DNA of 60,638 nucleotides. Source: Octopus bimaculoides. Lineage: Eukaryota. The notes under the pieces were generated by a model, which was not told the DNA's origin, made no database searches, and saw nothing but the letters and a program-made list of their open reading frames with translations. The position numbers and the translations under genes are program-made. Of the stretch, positions 24,226-36,745 are shown in pieces. The stretch is taken from assembly GCF_001194135.2 (NCBI RefSeq), contig NC_068997.1, forward strand, positions 55,956,458 to 56,017,095, read 5' to 3'. Each line of letters starts with the position of its first letter. The first letter of the stretch is position 1.

Positions 24226-25913
24226 AGAGAAACTACTGTTACATTTGAAAGCAGTTCTAATTTCCTTCAGATCGTTGCTATCACTGCTGAAGGAGGAAAT
24301 ATTTTCATCTGGTGCTTGATGTTGTTCTTGTGCATGTCACTGCAACAACTGTCACATTATTTAACATATCATGACAAGAAGAAACAAAACATGATTATTT
24401 CACTGGAGAATTTTACTGAAGAATCCAGTTAATGAGGGAGTCATTAAGAGAGTCGTTGAGCAAATGCTTGAGAGAATGCTGAAATTTCAAGGATTCTCTC
24501 CCTTGTTATTCTTGGCCAGAGTTTGTTACAAAGGTGTTGATTGATCTGTCTCAATATGGGTGTGATTTTTAATTAAGACTTATTGTTTCACCATGATAAG
24601 TATGATTGCAGCTCTTTACTAATTGAGAGAAAAGTGGAAATAGAGTGAAGCTATAAAAAAATATCCATTAGTGTGTGTGTGTTTGAATGAATGAATGCAT
24701 GATTAGAAGGTTTGTTTGAATGTAACCATAATTAGTGTGTGAGTGCTTACATCAACACATTTTAATGGCAGTGGGGGGGGGGAGAAAAGGAGAGATGGAG
24801 AGAGTGAATGACTAAAATAGAAATAAACAAGGTGAATGAAAATTACTATTATTAAATAGAACAGATTTTAAGAATGGACTGAACTGGTGTCACAGCAGAA
24901 TAGAAATAATTTTCAGATGTTTTAGAAATAAAATAAAAAAAAATGTAGACATGTTAGAAATTAAAGGTGAATCAGAAATTAACGATATGTCAAAAGTCAT
25001 CTAATTTTCACAGACAAAAATTTGATTGACACGAGGCTAGAGTAAATGTTACTTGACCAAAGTGCCATAACGTTGGTTCAAACCCAAACCATGGCTTTAC
25101 AAAACAGACTTCTTAAGCCCAAAGCCATCTGTTATATATAAACATTTTGTTGTCTATAACCCTAACACATCACTTACTAAGTCATATAAAAAAAACTATT
25201 ATATTTGACTGTTATTGCTATCATGTCTGACAATTTCCATATTCTTCTCATTCACACTGTTTCAGGTAGAAATATGAAGCAATTTTCTTCCCTGAGAACA
25301 TTAATACAATAAAGACACACTTCAGCAATATGGGAAAATGTTTGGTGATTATTAAACACTAAAACATAGAAGTAGATTCGATCCAAGATTTCATGTAAAT
25401 TTAATTCAACCCATTTTCCATCCATGTTCAATGTTTCAATATCTCTGGCATAAGAAGAAATATTGCCTGGCATGGATTCAATATTTCCATTTGCAAACTG
25501 CAAATTTGTTTAATGCTGAAGTTGTTTTTTCTTCTTCCTTTTTTTTTTATGTATATGCACATATTTATGACTGTGTCAGCAAGCATGTGTGAACTAGGTA
25601 TATATTTCAACGCAGATTAAATTTTCATAATGAACTCAACAATAGCACATGTTGCTAGTGAAGACCCATGATGTGAAGAAAAAAAAAAAAAAAGAGAATT
25701 GTTTCTCTTTTTTTCTACTATTTTCCAAATAGGTTTTCTCAACAAATTTTATAGTGAGAAAGAAAATTTTCACAAATAACTTAAGTGAGTCTTCAAAGTT
25801 GAAATTGATGACAGAAACATGCATACATAAATACATGCATACATGCATACATACATACATACATACATATATACACAAAAACATTCTGACATATGCATTC
25901 ATACATACGTTCA

Positions 25914-25955
<42 letters not shown>

Positions 25956-26126
25956 NNNNNNNNNNGAAATGAAACTATAACTCCTAAATAATATAGTGTT
26001 AAATAAGTTATCTATTAAAATAATCTATAAAGAACCAAATGAATAGTATAAAAACAAGAATACATATTATTTTCAAATAGTAGAAAATCTTTAGCAAAGT
26101 GAAAACAGTACTTATCCAAATTTTTC

Positions 26127-26217
26127 CGTAATTCAAACTGAAAAACTAAGACGTTATCTAATAGCTATAGCGTTTTAAGCAAGAGTTCGCGCGAAAATAC
26201 TACGTTAAAAAAGAACG
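26127..26217. promoter_or_regulatory. CpG-rich pocket with palindrome TTCGCGCGAA (E2F-type site), candidate promoter
   Basis: 8 CpG in 91 bp against a strongly CpG-depleted background; palindrome at 26186-26195; ACGTTA x3. Confidence 0.4.
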
Positions 26218-26809
26218 TTAAAATAGATATATATATCTGTATGTGTCTAAAAGTATTGAAAATGAGAGAAATATGGCATGAGCTCTGAAAGTTCAAAACT
26301 GCTGCCTCTGCAGATATGTGCAACATTCATAAAAATATGTTTTTGTGAAACCTATTTTTTTTTAAGTACGCCAAATTTTTAAATATTTATTGATTTCAGC
26401 ACTAATGTGATTAATTTGTGTTTAATCAAATTCATCCAACAAATATTTACATGTATAATTTTTTGTCATCACGTGTGTGTCAGTGTGTGTTTATATAAAC
26501 TCAGTAATAAATTACTTTCATGTTTTTTCATATTCCTTTATATTTTGTGTATATACATCAACTGGGAAAAATATAATTTATGTATATAATATATGTAATT
26601 TGTGTATATATTATATATAATTTATGTATACATACTTGTTTATGAAATAGTGAATTATCTCCTGATTGTTGATAATATTTTATTTGAAATTTAAAATTTG
26701 GATCAATAAAAATAACTTAAACATCTCCTCCTGAATATATTCCAAAAGACCAAATACACAGAATGTTAAGTTTATTAAGATTCAGCAAACAAAGAATAAT
26801 TTCTAAGAT

Positions 26810-27160
26810 AAACATAGGCCACACATTAGGGGCAAGTGGTTACTTGACTAAACTGAACCCAGTATATCAATCTGGCACTGATGAATGGCAAAGTCACTGA
26901 TGGTAGTATTTGAGCCCAGGATGTAATGAGTTGGAAGAAATAGCAAAAAGGTTTGATGATTTTAGGATTCTAGTGATTTAATTGGCTAAGATTAATAGGG
27001 ATTTCTAGGCCACAATCTGGAGGTGGACGAAAAACAATTATATGGCACCTGATAAGCTCCTATTTTATTGAATCTGGAAATGGGAAAGAAAGATGCCTAA
27101 CTCATCACAAGTTAAACTCAGAATATAAAGAAATGTAGGATATATACTGCAACACTTTAA
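26810..27160 (-). mobile_element. Two adjacent, highly diverged SINE B copies
   Basis: AGGCCACA..GGCAAAGTC..ATTTGAGCCCAGGATGT and AGGCCACAAT..TTAAACTCAGAATATAAAG. Confidence 0.5.
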
Positions 27161-27354
27161 GTTGAAGACAAGGTCATATGTTGCCCTAAGAATTCCAGCA
27201 ATTAACAGACTCATCTTTAATCTTGAAAGATCTGAAATTCATCAAAGATAAAAAAAAGAGCAAAAATTACCTCATTGTTCTTCATTTGTATTGTAGCAAA
27301 AGAATAAATTTTATGTCAAAATTTGATGAAACAAAACATGAAAACCAGGACAGC

Positions 27355-27560
27355 TATTCTTGATGCTGTTGTTGTTGTTGTTTAGCACCACGTTGACCAC
27401 AATCAAGAAAATCTTTAATTAAATACCTTTAACTAATTAACATCTCATCTTCATTTTCAGACATTCCAGTCATTTAAGATGACATTATCTAAAATGTTCT
27501 TATTCTAAGAGGACGATTTGAAGTAGAATTTGTTGCTGTTTTTAGCCAATCGATCAACCA
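27355..27560 (-). mobile_element. Family C copy
   Basis: (GTT)n TTTAGCACCA..GACATTCCAG..TTTGTTGCTGTTTTTAGC. Confidence 0.6.
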
Positions 27561-27758
27561 CAGAGAGACTACCCCCACCCTGGCTCATAAATATTGCTGC
27601 TCATGTTGTTGTCATTGTTGCTGCTTTAGATTCAGGGTAGATCATTATGCTAGTTCTAACTCTACCAAATTCAAGAACCTGTTTTGGTTACCCATTAAGA
27701 GTTATTCATTTACATAGCTGTTGTCTTTGACAAAAACAGGCATAAATATTACATTTAC

Positions 27759-27776
27759 CCACCTCCCCTTGTTCTC
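27759..27776 (-). CDS. Candidate 18-nt phase-1 micro-exon encoding Gly-X-Y (G|GEQGEV|G)
   Basis: Acceptor TTTTTTACATTGTTACAG, exon GAGAACAAGGGGAGGTGG, donor GTAAAT. Confidence 0.3.
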
Positions 27777-28838
27777 CTGTAACAATGTAAAAAACTGATA
27801 TTCGTTACATTTCCGTTTCTATTCTTATAATATCGAAGTTGACTTGTAGCTGATTCTACTGTCTGTTTGAAGAGTACAGTTTAGATCAATAAAATGGAGG
27901 CGGAGAAAAAGTATGCTACAGTTTACCATTTCATCAAGGGAGTTCTTTATCAAAGAAAGACCATCTTAGCAGTGAAAGATTATATATAACATGGTCAGGC
28001 TACTTCCATGATGAATTGTATATCGACTGTTTGCTAGAATATTAGTCAATGTCTACAAAACTATTTATGAGGTTGCAGTAAAAAGTTCAGTTTGGTAAAA
28101 AAAATATGATTTTTCCATTTTCCATTTGTTTTCTGACAATGTTTCATTTATTGCTGCAGTCTTTAAGCCAGATTATCTTGCTATTCCGTCTGCAATTCAA
28201 AACCCAGTTTCTTCATAAACTTCCATAAAACAACAAAGAGAGATAGTTAGGATGAACAAAAGAATCTTCTTAGAACAAAGAATAAATTTCTATTTATCTA
28301 ACATTCTTAAACAAGCTTAGCCTCCTTTCTACTTCTCTAAAGAATTTGACTATTTTTATAGAAAAAGAAACAAAGAAGGAACCAACCATTTTCCAAGTCA
28401 GCCAAATAATCTGGGATAAGTTAAAGAAATCATCTTTAAATGTTCCTTTGTATATAAAAAAGTTTGAATATATATTTGGTACTTTAAAAACTTAAATATG
28501 TACAACCCCCCACCACACACACACACACCACACACATACGCTGTAGATAGTCAATTGTATGTGAGCATGTATCTATTGATAACAGGTTATAAATGAATGT
28601 GAATATATTCAATTATAAATTTATATTTGGCAAGAAGGAAGAGAAAACCTACTTCACAGACAAAAGTTGTAGTTGTCAGAGAATTGTTCAATTGCACAAA
28701 GTTTCTCAGATTTATGAAATGTTGTAAATTAGGAAATTTCTGACCATTCTCAAACATCAAAGAAAAACTAAGAACTTTCTTTCTCACTAAAATTCTATTA
28801 ATAGTACATTATATATTTTGGGATTATATTGTTCTCAG

Positions 28839-28896
28839 CATTGGTTTCTGATAACAATTGCAGCAAAGTGAAGACTGAAGCTTCTCAAAGACGACT
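28839..28896 (+). CDS. Candidate 58-nt exon (xLVSDNNCSKVKTEASQRRx)
   Basis: Acceptor ATTGTTCTCAG, donor ACT|GTAAGT, a single open frame; no homology recognised. Confidence 0.2.
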
Positions 28897-29586
28897 GTAA
28901 GTAATCTCTGATGAAAGAAGGCGTCAGTGCTAATTCTTTTGTAGATCAGGACCAAAATGTTTCTCAACTGGTGTAGCTGAAAGTCATGATTTTAATTCAC
29001 AGTTATAAACTAATAAGAATGGACTGATTGTAAACTTATAAGTGTTACTAATTCTATTTTTTTCTTTCTTTCCTTCCTTTCTTCCTTTCAGATTTTTCCT
29101 TTCTTTCTAGTTTTATGTAATTTTCCTTTTTCTCTCTTCTTTCTTTCTCTCGTTTTCCATTCTTTATTTACTGGATTTCTTTCGTCTCTTTTTGCTTTCG
29201 ACTTTAACCAGAAGATAAGAAACCACCAGTACTAATGCCCTCTTGCAGGATCTCTCAGGCTGGAGGTGAAAAAGGAGGAAGAAATCATGGTTCTTTTGTT
29301 ATTTTCACAAACAAGACTTGATCCAAATTCTTGCAACTGATTGGACACTGCTACTGTCACCTGACAACCAAGCCCAGATTCCTTATGTATCTGCATAGTT
29401 TTTAGAGGCAAACTCTCTAAAATAACAAATGAGGAGAGAATATTCCTTTCAAAACAGTTTTAGACATTTATTTTACAGGGTGACGGTGCTTCCAGGCTCT
29501 GTTAGAGAAGGGGAGATAACCACTGCATGCATCTACCAGTCTGGTTAGGGAGCACTGTGAGCTAGCTTGCTGTATTTACTCCTATT

Positions 29587-29958
29587 TGTCTAGAGAGAGA
29601 AATTTTCTCGATGACCAAACACAACGAATGGTTTTATTATAGGTTTGAATATGACTCAAGCAGATTTGAATTGCTTTATATCCTTCTCTACGTTGGATAT
29701 ACAAGTTTCACAACGTGGGAACAGACACAACTGTCTTCAAATGGTGTACTTCAAATTACTCTACTAAACACGATACTCCAATGAATACAAACTCTCAATG
29801 ATCTCAACGACTTCCTATGACTTCCACGAAACTCTCAACGGCTCCTACGACTGCTGTGTCTTCTCAACCAATATACTACTCTTTAGAAGAGTTTGGCTAG
29901 TCCATTTGTCCAATCTCACAGGGGTGTCAACGGCTCTCACCACAACAAATTCGTAACA
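29587..29958 (-). mobile_element. Possible solo LTR
   Basis: Minus strand starts TGTTACGAA and ends CTAGACA, with AATAAA ~45 nt before the end; CpG-richer than background; internal ~10-bp periodic motifs; no TSD found. Confidence 0.4.
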
Positions 29959-30542
29959 AGTCTGTAATTATTTAACAGTTTTTGGACCTGATGGTGGTGT
30001 TAAACCAAGTGATGGATTATGTCTCCCACTCAAAATGCTCTTTTTTGTGACAACCAACTGAGTAGACTAAAATAAAGTAACTTTCAAAATCCTAGAGAGG
30101 CTTTTAGGGGCCAGTGCTAATATTTGGTTTCATAGCATGAAGTGGGTGGGACATAAATCTCTTGCTAGATAATATTCGAGTCTCTGGAGGGGTAACAAAT
30201 GACCTGGTAGTTGTCCCTGACAGAAACTGTGCCTGAATGGGCTGAGTTGGTGAACGTGAAGGAAGACAGACAAGAATGTGTCTTATCCTTGTGGCTGATC
30301 AGAAATAAAGAAAGAAATTCAAATAGGAGAAGAAAGGTGGCTGATGGCCACGTGCGAACAACAAGAGAGCAAAAGTGGAAGAGTGAGGGAGAGAGAGAGT
30401 GTGTCTATTTATTCCAAAGCATTTCAAAGTATTACAAGGAAACATACACATGCAGTAACTATGTGTTACACACACCCTTGTTAATATTACAGAAAAGAGC
30501 AAAAGATCAGTTCCTTACAGCCTTCCCAACTCTAACTCTCAC

Positions 30543-30581
<39 letters not shown>

Positions 30582-31029
30582 NNNNNNNNNNNNNNNNNNN
30601 NNNNNNNNNNNNNNNNNNNNNNNNNNNNNNNNNNNNNNNNNNNNNNNNNNNNNNNNNNNNNNNNNNNNNNNNNNNNNNNNNNNNNNNNNNNNNNNNNNNN
30701 NNNNNNNNNNNNNNNNNNNNNNNNNNNNNNNNNNNNNNNNNNNNNNNNNNNNNNNNNNNNNNNNNNNNNNNNNNNNNNNNNNNNNNNNNNNNNNNNNNNN
30801 NNNNNNNNNNNNNNNNNNNNNNNNNNNNNNNNNNNNNNNNNNNNNNNNNNNNNNNNNNNNNNNNNNNNNNNNNNNNNNNNNNNNNNNNNNNNNNNNNNNN
30901 NNNNNNNNNNNNNNNNNNNNNNNNNNNNNNNNNNNNNNNNNNNNNNNNNNNNNNNNNNNNNNNNNNNNNNNNNNNNNNNNNNNNNNNNNNNNNNNNNNNN
31001 NNNNNNNNNNNNNNNNNNNNNNNNNNNNN
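30582..31029. other. Assembly gap
   Basis: Run of N after (TA)n. Confidence 0.99.
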
Positions 31030-31321
31030 TGTATCGGCCATCTTTGTGGTTGTCTGTTAAACCCTCCATTTTAATGGAATCTCTAAACATTCAATTTAAA
31101 TGTACAGTTTATGTTATTAACAATGCTCTCTGGTGAATTTTCAGTTCCTTGACAATAATTATGTAGCTATCTGCCTAATTCAACAGTTTATTTATTTGGC
31201 ACTTTCTGATATAACTCTGTTTTAACCATTTACTAAACAACTAATTTCAACATACGTTCAATCAGCAGTTTTCTCATTATTATCATTATTATGGTTGTTG
31301 TAACTGTTGTTGTTGCTGTTG

Positions 31322-31322
31322 C

Positions 31323-31380
<58 letters not shown>

Positions 31381-31381
31381 T
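31322..31381. repeat. (ATT)n microsatellite
   Basis: Visible directly in the sequence. Confidence 0.95.
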
Positions 31382-31969
31382 AATTTCAAAACATTTTATT
31401 TACTAGTTTATTCTTCTCTAGATTTCGTATCCTGCAGAGATATCAAAATAAATTTGTAAATGTTTATAAATTGATCAATATGTTTCATTAGAGATGAACA
31501 GAAATTTCTATGAAATATATTCATTGAAAACTTATGCCATTAACAAACATTCAACGATGTAAACAGCTTGCCTCATTCAAACATGGTTTATTTTCTAAAT
31601 CCTATAATTTGATAGTTGATTGTATTATAGTCATTGTTACAAGCTCTACTCTACAACCATAAATGTGGTTAAGTTAAAACCATTATTACATTGAAGCCAG
31701 CTATATTCAACAGTACATTTGTTGCAGTACAGCAAATCTATTAAGATTGTTCTTCAGTGAATGCGAGACAGTAATGTTACTATGAGCTGCTGCAACAAGG
31801 TGACTGCTATCACTACTCCGTTATGTAGCTCTGCCCTTTGTAAAGCGAAACATTTTATATCAGAGAACCAGATGTGATTTCAGGCAGGGTGGCATCAGAC
31901 TCAAAAATGTTAACGTCATAGGAGAAAGGCATGAATGCCACACAATCTCATTTCATTCCATTTATCAGA

Positions 31970-32292
31970 CTTTCACTCTTTTGCTACTTTGCACTTTTAT
32001 TCATTCTAGTTATAACAGTGTGGCCATGCCGGAGTACTGTCTTCTAGTGTTTTAGTCAACCATATTGCTGCCAGTATTTATTTTTATCAATCTCTATTTG
32101 TTTCAGTACTAAGTTACTGGACATAAATAGAGACAGGTACATACAAACATAAACACATACATGTGCACAAACAGACACACACACACGCACATATACATAT
32201 ATACATACATACATATATGTACATATATACACACACTCTTACGAACATATATATGCATATATAAATATATACATATGTGTGTGTGTGCATGT

Positions 32293-32324
<32 letters not shown>

Positions 32325-32331
32325 GTATGTT

Positions 32332-32390
<59 letters not shown>
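31970..32390 (-). mobile_element. Diverged SINE A 3' half followed by a long (CA)/(TA)/(TG) microsatellite
   Basis: CTCTTTT..GTGGCCATGCCGGAGTACTGTCTT..AAGTTACTGGACATAAA, then the repeats. Confidence 0.6.
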
Positions 32391-32391
<1 letters not shown>

Positions 32392-32409
32392 GTATCAACA
32401 CCACCATTG

Positions 32410-32590
32410 TCATCATCATCATCATCATTATTTAACATCCATCCTTCATACTGACATGGATTGGATAGTTTCACAGGGTCTGATGTGTTTCAGAACTGTT
32501 TCAGACCCCCATGTCAGCCTTACTATTGTTTCTATGGCTGGATGACCTTCTAAAGTGCCAACACATTTACAGTGTGTATTTGGTACAATT
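32410..32590 (-). mobile_element. RTE LINE 3' tail fragment
   Basis: (TCA)n TTTAACATCC..CATGGATTGGATAGTTT..GGCTGGATGACCTTC; reverse complement of 57775-57965. Confidence 0.7.
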
Positions 32591-33352
32591 TTTCTTTGGG
32601 GGGGGGGGGGATACGAGCACCACTGAGGTTGCCAAATAATTTGCAAGACAAAGTAAAGAAAGGAAAAGGGAACAGCCATCTTGGTCTGAATGGGATTTTG
32701 TGTTTGAGAGAGAAGCAGATGGCTTTATGCTGGTTGCTCAAGGCCAGAATATGAGGGAACAAGCACAAGTGTTTTGCTGTACAGGGGATATGTGGCTATG
32801 GTGAGAGTAGGTGGAAGGGAGGTAAAGATGGTGGTGTAGGGAGAGCTCAAGGTACAAGAAGGTGAGTATGAAAGAGAATACAAACTGATGACCAGTAAGG
32901 AAAGGTGTGACTATAGAATCGTGTGTAATTGAGACCAACAAACAATTTTTTTTAAAAATCGTGATGTTTCCATAACAGACCAAAAAACAAAAAAATGGAT
33001 TATCGTAAAACCAAATACTTACAAGATGATGTGTTTAATTACAGAGCAAACTGTTTCGAGTTAACGAATTATAACTGATTTGAACTCATTACAATAAATT
33101 ATAACTAATTACACCACTCGATTTTGCTTGGATCAGTCTATGCAGTCAACAAACAGGTTCCAGTCTTTTCTTACTATAATAGTTGATGAAAGCAATGTAA
33201 CACATTGAAATGACCAAAGTTATCAGAGCATGGAACAAAATGCATTGCAATACTCATTCTTGCTTCCTGCATTTTGAGTTCAAACCTCACTGCAGTCATC
33301 GTTACCTTGCACCATTCTAAGGTCTGTACTTAGTAGAAAGGATTATTCTTCA

Positions 33353-33555
33353 GCAAGTTGGCAGAATCATCAGTATACTGGATGTAATGCTTAGCGGGCT
33401 TTTGCTTGTCGCTCTGAGTTCAAATTCCACCAAGGTCAACTTTGCCTTTCATCTTTTCGGGGACATTAAATTAAGCACCAGTCGAGTACTGTGGTTGATG
33501 CAATCGACTTAACCCCTTCCCCAAAATTTCAGGCCTTGTGCCTATAGTAGAAAGG

Positions 33556-33618
<63 letters not shown>

Positions 33619-33642
33619 GTTGTTATTATTATTATCATTATT
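33353..33642 (+). mobile_element. SINE family B with (ATT)n tail
   Basis: TTGGCAGAATCATCAG..GAGTTCAAATTCC..TTGCCTTTCATC..GGCCTTGTGCCTATAGTAGAAAGG(ATT)n. Confidence 0.92.
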
Positions 33643-33649
33643 ACTAAAG

Positions 33650-33795
33650 CCTCATGATAGCAAAGGAGAACGGGCAGCAGCCAAACCAAAGGTTGGGTTG
33701 GGCTGCACCTGCCTACCTCGGTTGCTATGGCGTTGAGGTAGATCCATCCGAGGTAGGAATAAAACCTGGATTTAAAACACTGGATGATGATGATG
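33650..33795 (+). mobile_element. Unclassified retroelement 3' end with (GAT)n tail
   Basis: GC-richer segment ending GGAATAAAACCTGGATTTAAAACACTG(GAT)n. Confidence 0.4.
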
Positions 33796-33803
33796 AGGAA
33801 AAT

Positions 33804-34017
33804 GGTGAGCTGGCAGAATCATTAGCATGCCAGACAAAATGCCAATGGCGTTTCTTCTTACATTATGTTCTGAGTTCAAATGCCACTGGGCTGGATTTTT
33901 CCTTTCATTCTTTCAGGGTTGATAAAATAAGTACCTGTTGAATACTGGGGTTGACATAATCAACTTATCCCTTCCTCCAAAATGGCTGGCCTTGTGCTGA
34001 ATGTTGAAACCAGCATT
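33804..34017 (+). mobile_element. SINE family B, full length
   Basis: GGTGAGCTGGCAGAATCATTAGCA head, GAGTTCAAAT B-box-like motif, GATAAAATAAGTACC core. Confidence 0.92.
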
Positions 34018-34433
34018 TCTTTGTGAAGCTTCAGTGAAACTACAAGAATGGAAAGATGCAAATATGTCGTTGAATGATATTCTTTTTACCTTTAAAACTT
34101 GATTTAAGAAACCCAAAAGAATATTCCAAGGATGATGTATTTATCTTACTTTAAAATTGTCATTATTTCAAATTTATTTGAGGAATACTTTCAATAATTG
34201 AATTTTGCAATGAAAATTAGAAAATTATTTATAAATGTAATCAACATAAATAAGAATTAAAGAATGTAAAGAAGAGAAAAGAAATAAAAGATAAAAAGAA
34301 GGAAAACAAATTCAAATTCAAAAAAATTATTATTTTGGGTAAAATAAATTATATTTTGAAGTATGTAGAAATGAAAGAATTAAAAAAGGAAGATGAGAAA
34401 AATTAGTAAACAAAAATAATTGTAAACAGAAAA

Positions 34434-34503
34434 GCAAAATAACAAAGATATGCAAAATAACAAATACAAGCAAAATAACAAATATAAGCAAAATAACAAA
34501 TAA
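34434..34503. repeat. 18-bp tandem repeat x4 (GCAAAATAACAAATAYAA)
   Basis: Units start at 34434, 34452, 34470 and 34488. Confidence 0.9.
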
Positions 34504-35267
34504 TTATTAATTAATAAGAAATGAGAATACATAACTGCTTACATCAAGCGAAATGCTATGTCTTCATTACCCTTTCAATTAATACATTCTTGAAATATTT
34601 GCACTGAAAACAACTTTGTTCTCAAGAATTTTAAGAATATTTAAAACATTAATTACCATAGTTTGATGACAATTACTACAATAATTCAAAGTAAACACTA
34701 CCAGAACAGGTTTCATGTAGAATTGCATAAATTCATAGAATTATTTGAAGAATATAGATAAACAATTCTGCAAATCTATAGCCATTTCCAACTGAAATAT
34801 TGATTTCAAATTTTGGTACAAGGCCAGCAATTTTGGGGGTGGGGTAAGTACCAGGGGTTAACTTATTTCATTGACCCCCTGCTATGATCACATGCTTCAT
34901 TTGCAGGTTGCATATTTTTCTGAACTACACTTCAAGCAGCTCAGAAACAGCTGTCAGACTTGTAACACCATATCTTCACCCTTTTAATTTTCTGTGTCTT
35001 TGTACTCTAAGTTTGCTCTGTTAATACATAAATATTTATATATTTATACTAGAATATTCATCACCTAAAAACTTTCACTCTTTGTCTTCTCTTTATTTGC
35101 TTGTATACATGTCTATAAATTTATAATATCAAACCCAAGCAGTTTTTTTTTGTCTCCTTTGCCTCCATATTTACTCACCTGGATTCCTCTTTTAGTCACT
35201 CATTACCTCATAGACTTGGTCCTCAGTAAGTTCAAAATCATTTGAGCACTACAAAGTGTTTTCTATG

Positions 35268-35319
<52 letters not shown>

Positions 35320-36133
35320 GTGCATGTTGTAATATAAATAGCAGCTCCCTTGTCATTTAAATGACTTCAAAATGCATCCAACAGTGTGACTCTGATTTGT
35401 GAATGCCAGGGTTTTTCTGGAATGTGGAACCACCTCCTTTCAGCCACCAGTTTTGCCATGTCAACTCTGACACACAAATTGTAGCTTCTGTCAGGGTCCC
35501 AGCTACTGGGTTAAATAGCATGTAAGCATCTGAGCCAGGTAACATTGAGCTCATGGCATGTAACATGGTGGATGTGATCTCTTTTGGCAAATAAACTTAT
35601 TGAGTCAACAGTGGACATCACTTGATGTTGAGAAGATGAACAGACGATAAACTGTCAATGGCCAGCATCAGCCAATTCATTTAGTGAATTATAACTATCA
35701 CCTGTAGTCATGGTGTGCACAAATGAGATATTTCAGCTTCTGAAGGACCAAATTGACTGAAATTCAGGCCAGGCATTGATGCCTGATTGTTTGATTGGGA
35801 CAGCGGCAGGAATGGAAGGATGACATTGGTCCCAGAAAATTGTTTGACATGTAGGATATACTATAGAATATTTACTTATGTCAAACATGGGGTAAAAAAA
35901 CAAGCATAATTAAATAAAATCTAAATTTCTTTTTTTCCAATCTTTAACTCTGGAGATTGTAGATATGAAAAAAGAATCCCAATTTCTAAAGTAACCAGAA
36001 AACTAGCAGACTTGAAAGAACATTCCCAGTCTGTTTTTTTTTTGTTTTTTTTTGTGTTGTTTTCTCATCAACTACAAACCATACAGCTAAGGCTTTCAAA
36101 TTAACTGTAGATTTATCTACAGCATACATACTT

Positions 36134-36406
36134 NNNNNNNNNNNNNNNNNNNNNNNNNNNNNNNNNNNNNNNNNNNNNNNNNNNNNNNNNNNNNNNNNNN
36201 NNNNNNNNNNNNNNNNNNNNNNNNNNNNNNNNNNNNNNNNNNNNNNNNNNNNNNNNNNNNNNNNNNNNNNNNNNNNNNNNNNNNNNNNNNNNNNNNNNNN
36301 NNNNNNNNNNNNNNNNNNNNNNNNNNNNNNNNNNNNNNNNNNNNNNNNNNNNNNNNNNNNNNNNNNNNNNNNNNNNNNNNNNNNNNNNNNNNNNNNNNNN
36401 NNNNNN
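36134..36406. other. Assembly gap
   Basis: Run of N. Confidence 0.99.
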
Positions 36407-36709
36407 GTGTGTTTGTATGTATGTGTGCACGTGTATATGTGTGTGATATATGCGGAAGTCCATTCATTTTCCATTATCCTTCATAATTTCAAATCTACAT
36501 TTGCAAATCATTTAATAATTCTTCGTCTTTGTGATCAAGCCCCTCCACTAAATTCCTATTCCTTTATTATCTATGAAAGGAAACAAAATAAATCTTATCA
36601 TTAATGAGAAACATTTGTCAAATGGAAGGAACCAGCTGCTTTTAAGGAAGATGGAAATCACTTCTATGAGGTTTCTATTATGTTTGCAAGAGGCAACAAC
36701 AACAGCAAC

Positions 36710-36745
<36 letters not shown>

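Noticed and set aside
32784-32862. Plus-strand Gly-rich exon with AAG|GTGAGT donor
   Set aside because: Related sequence occurs at ~23300-23430 (TCAAGGTACAAGAAG), so it is probably a dispersed repeat.
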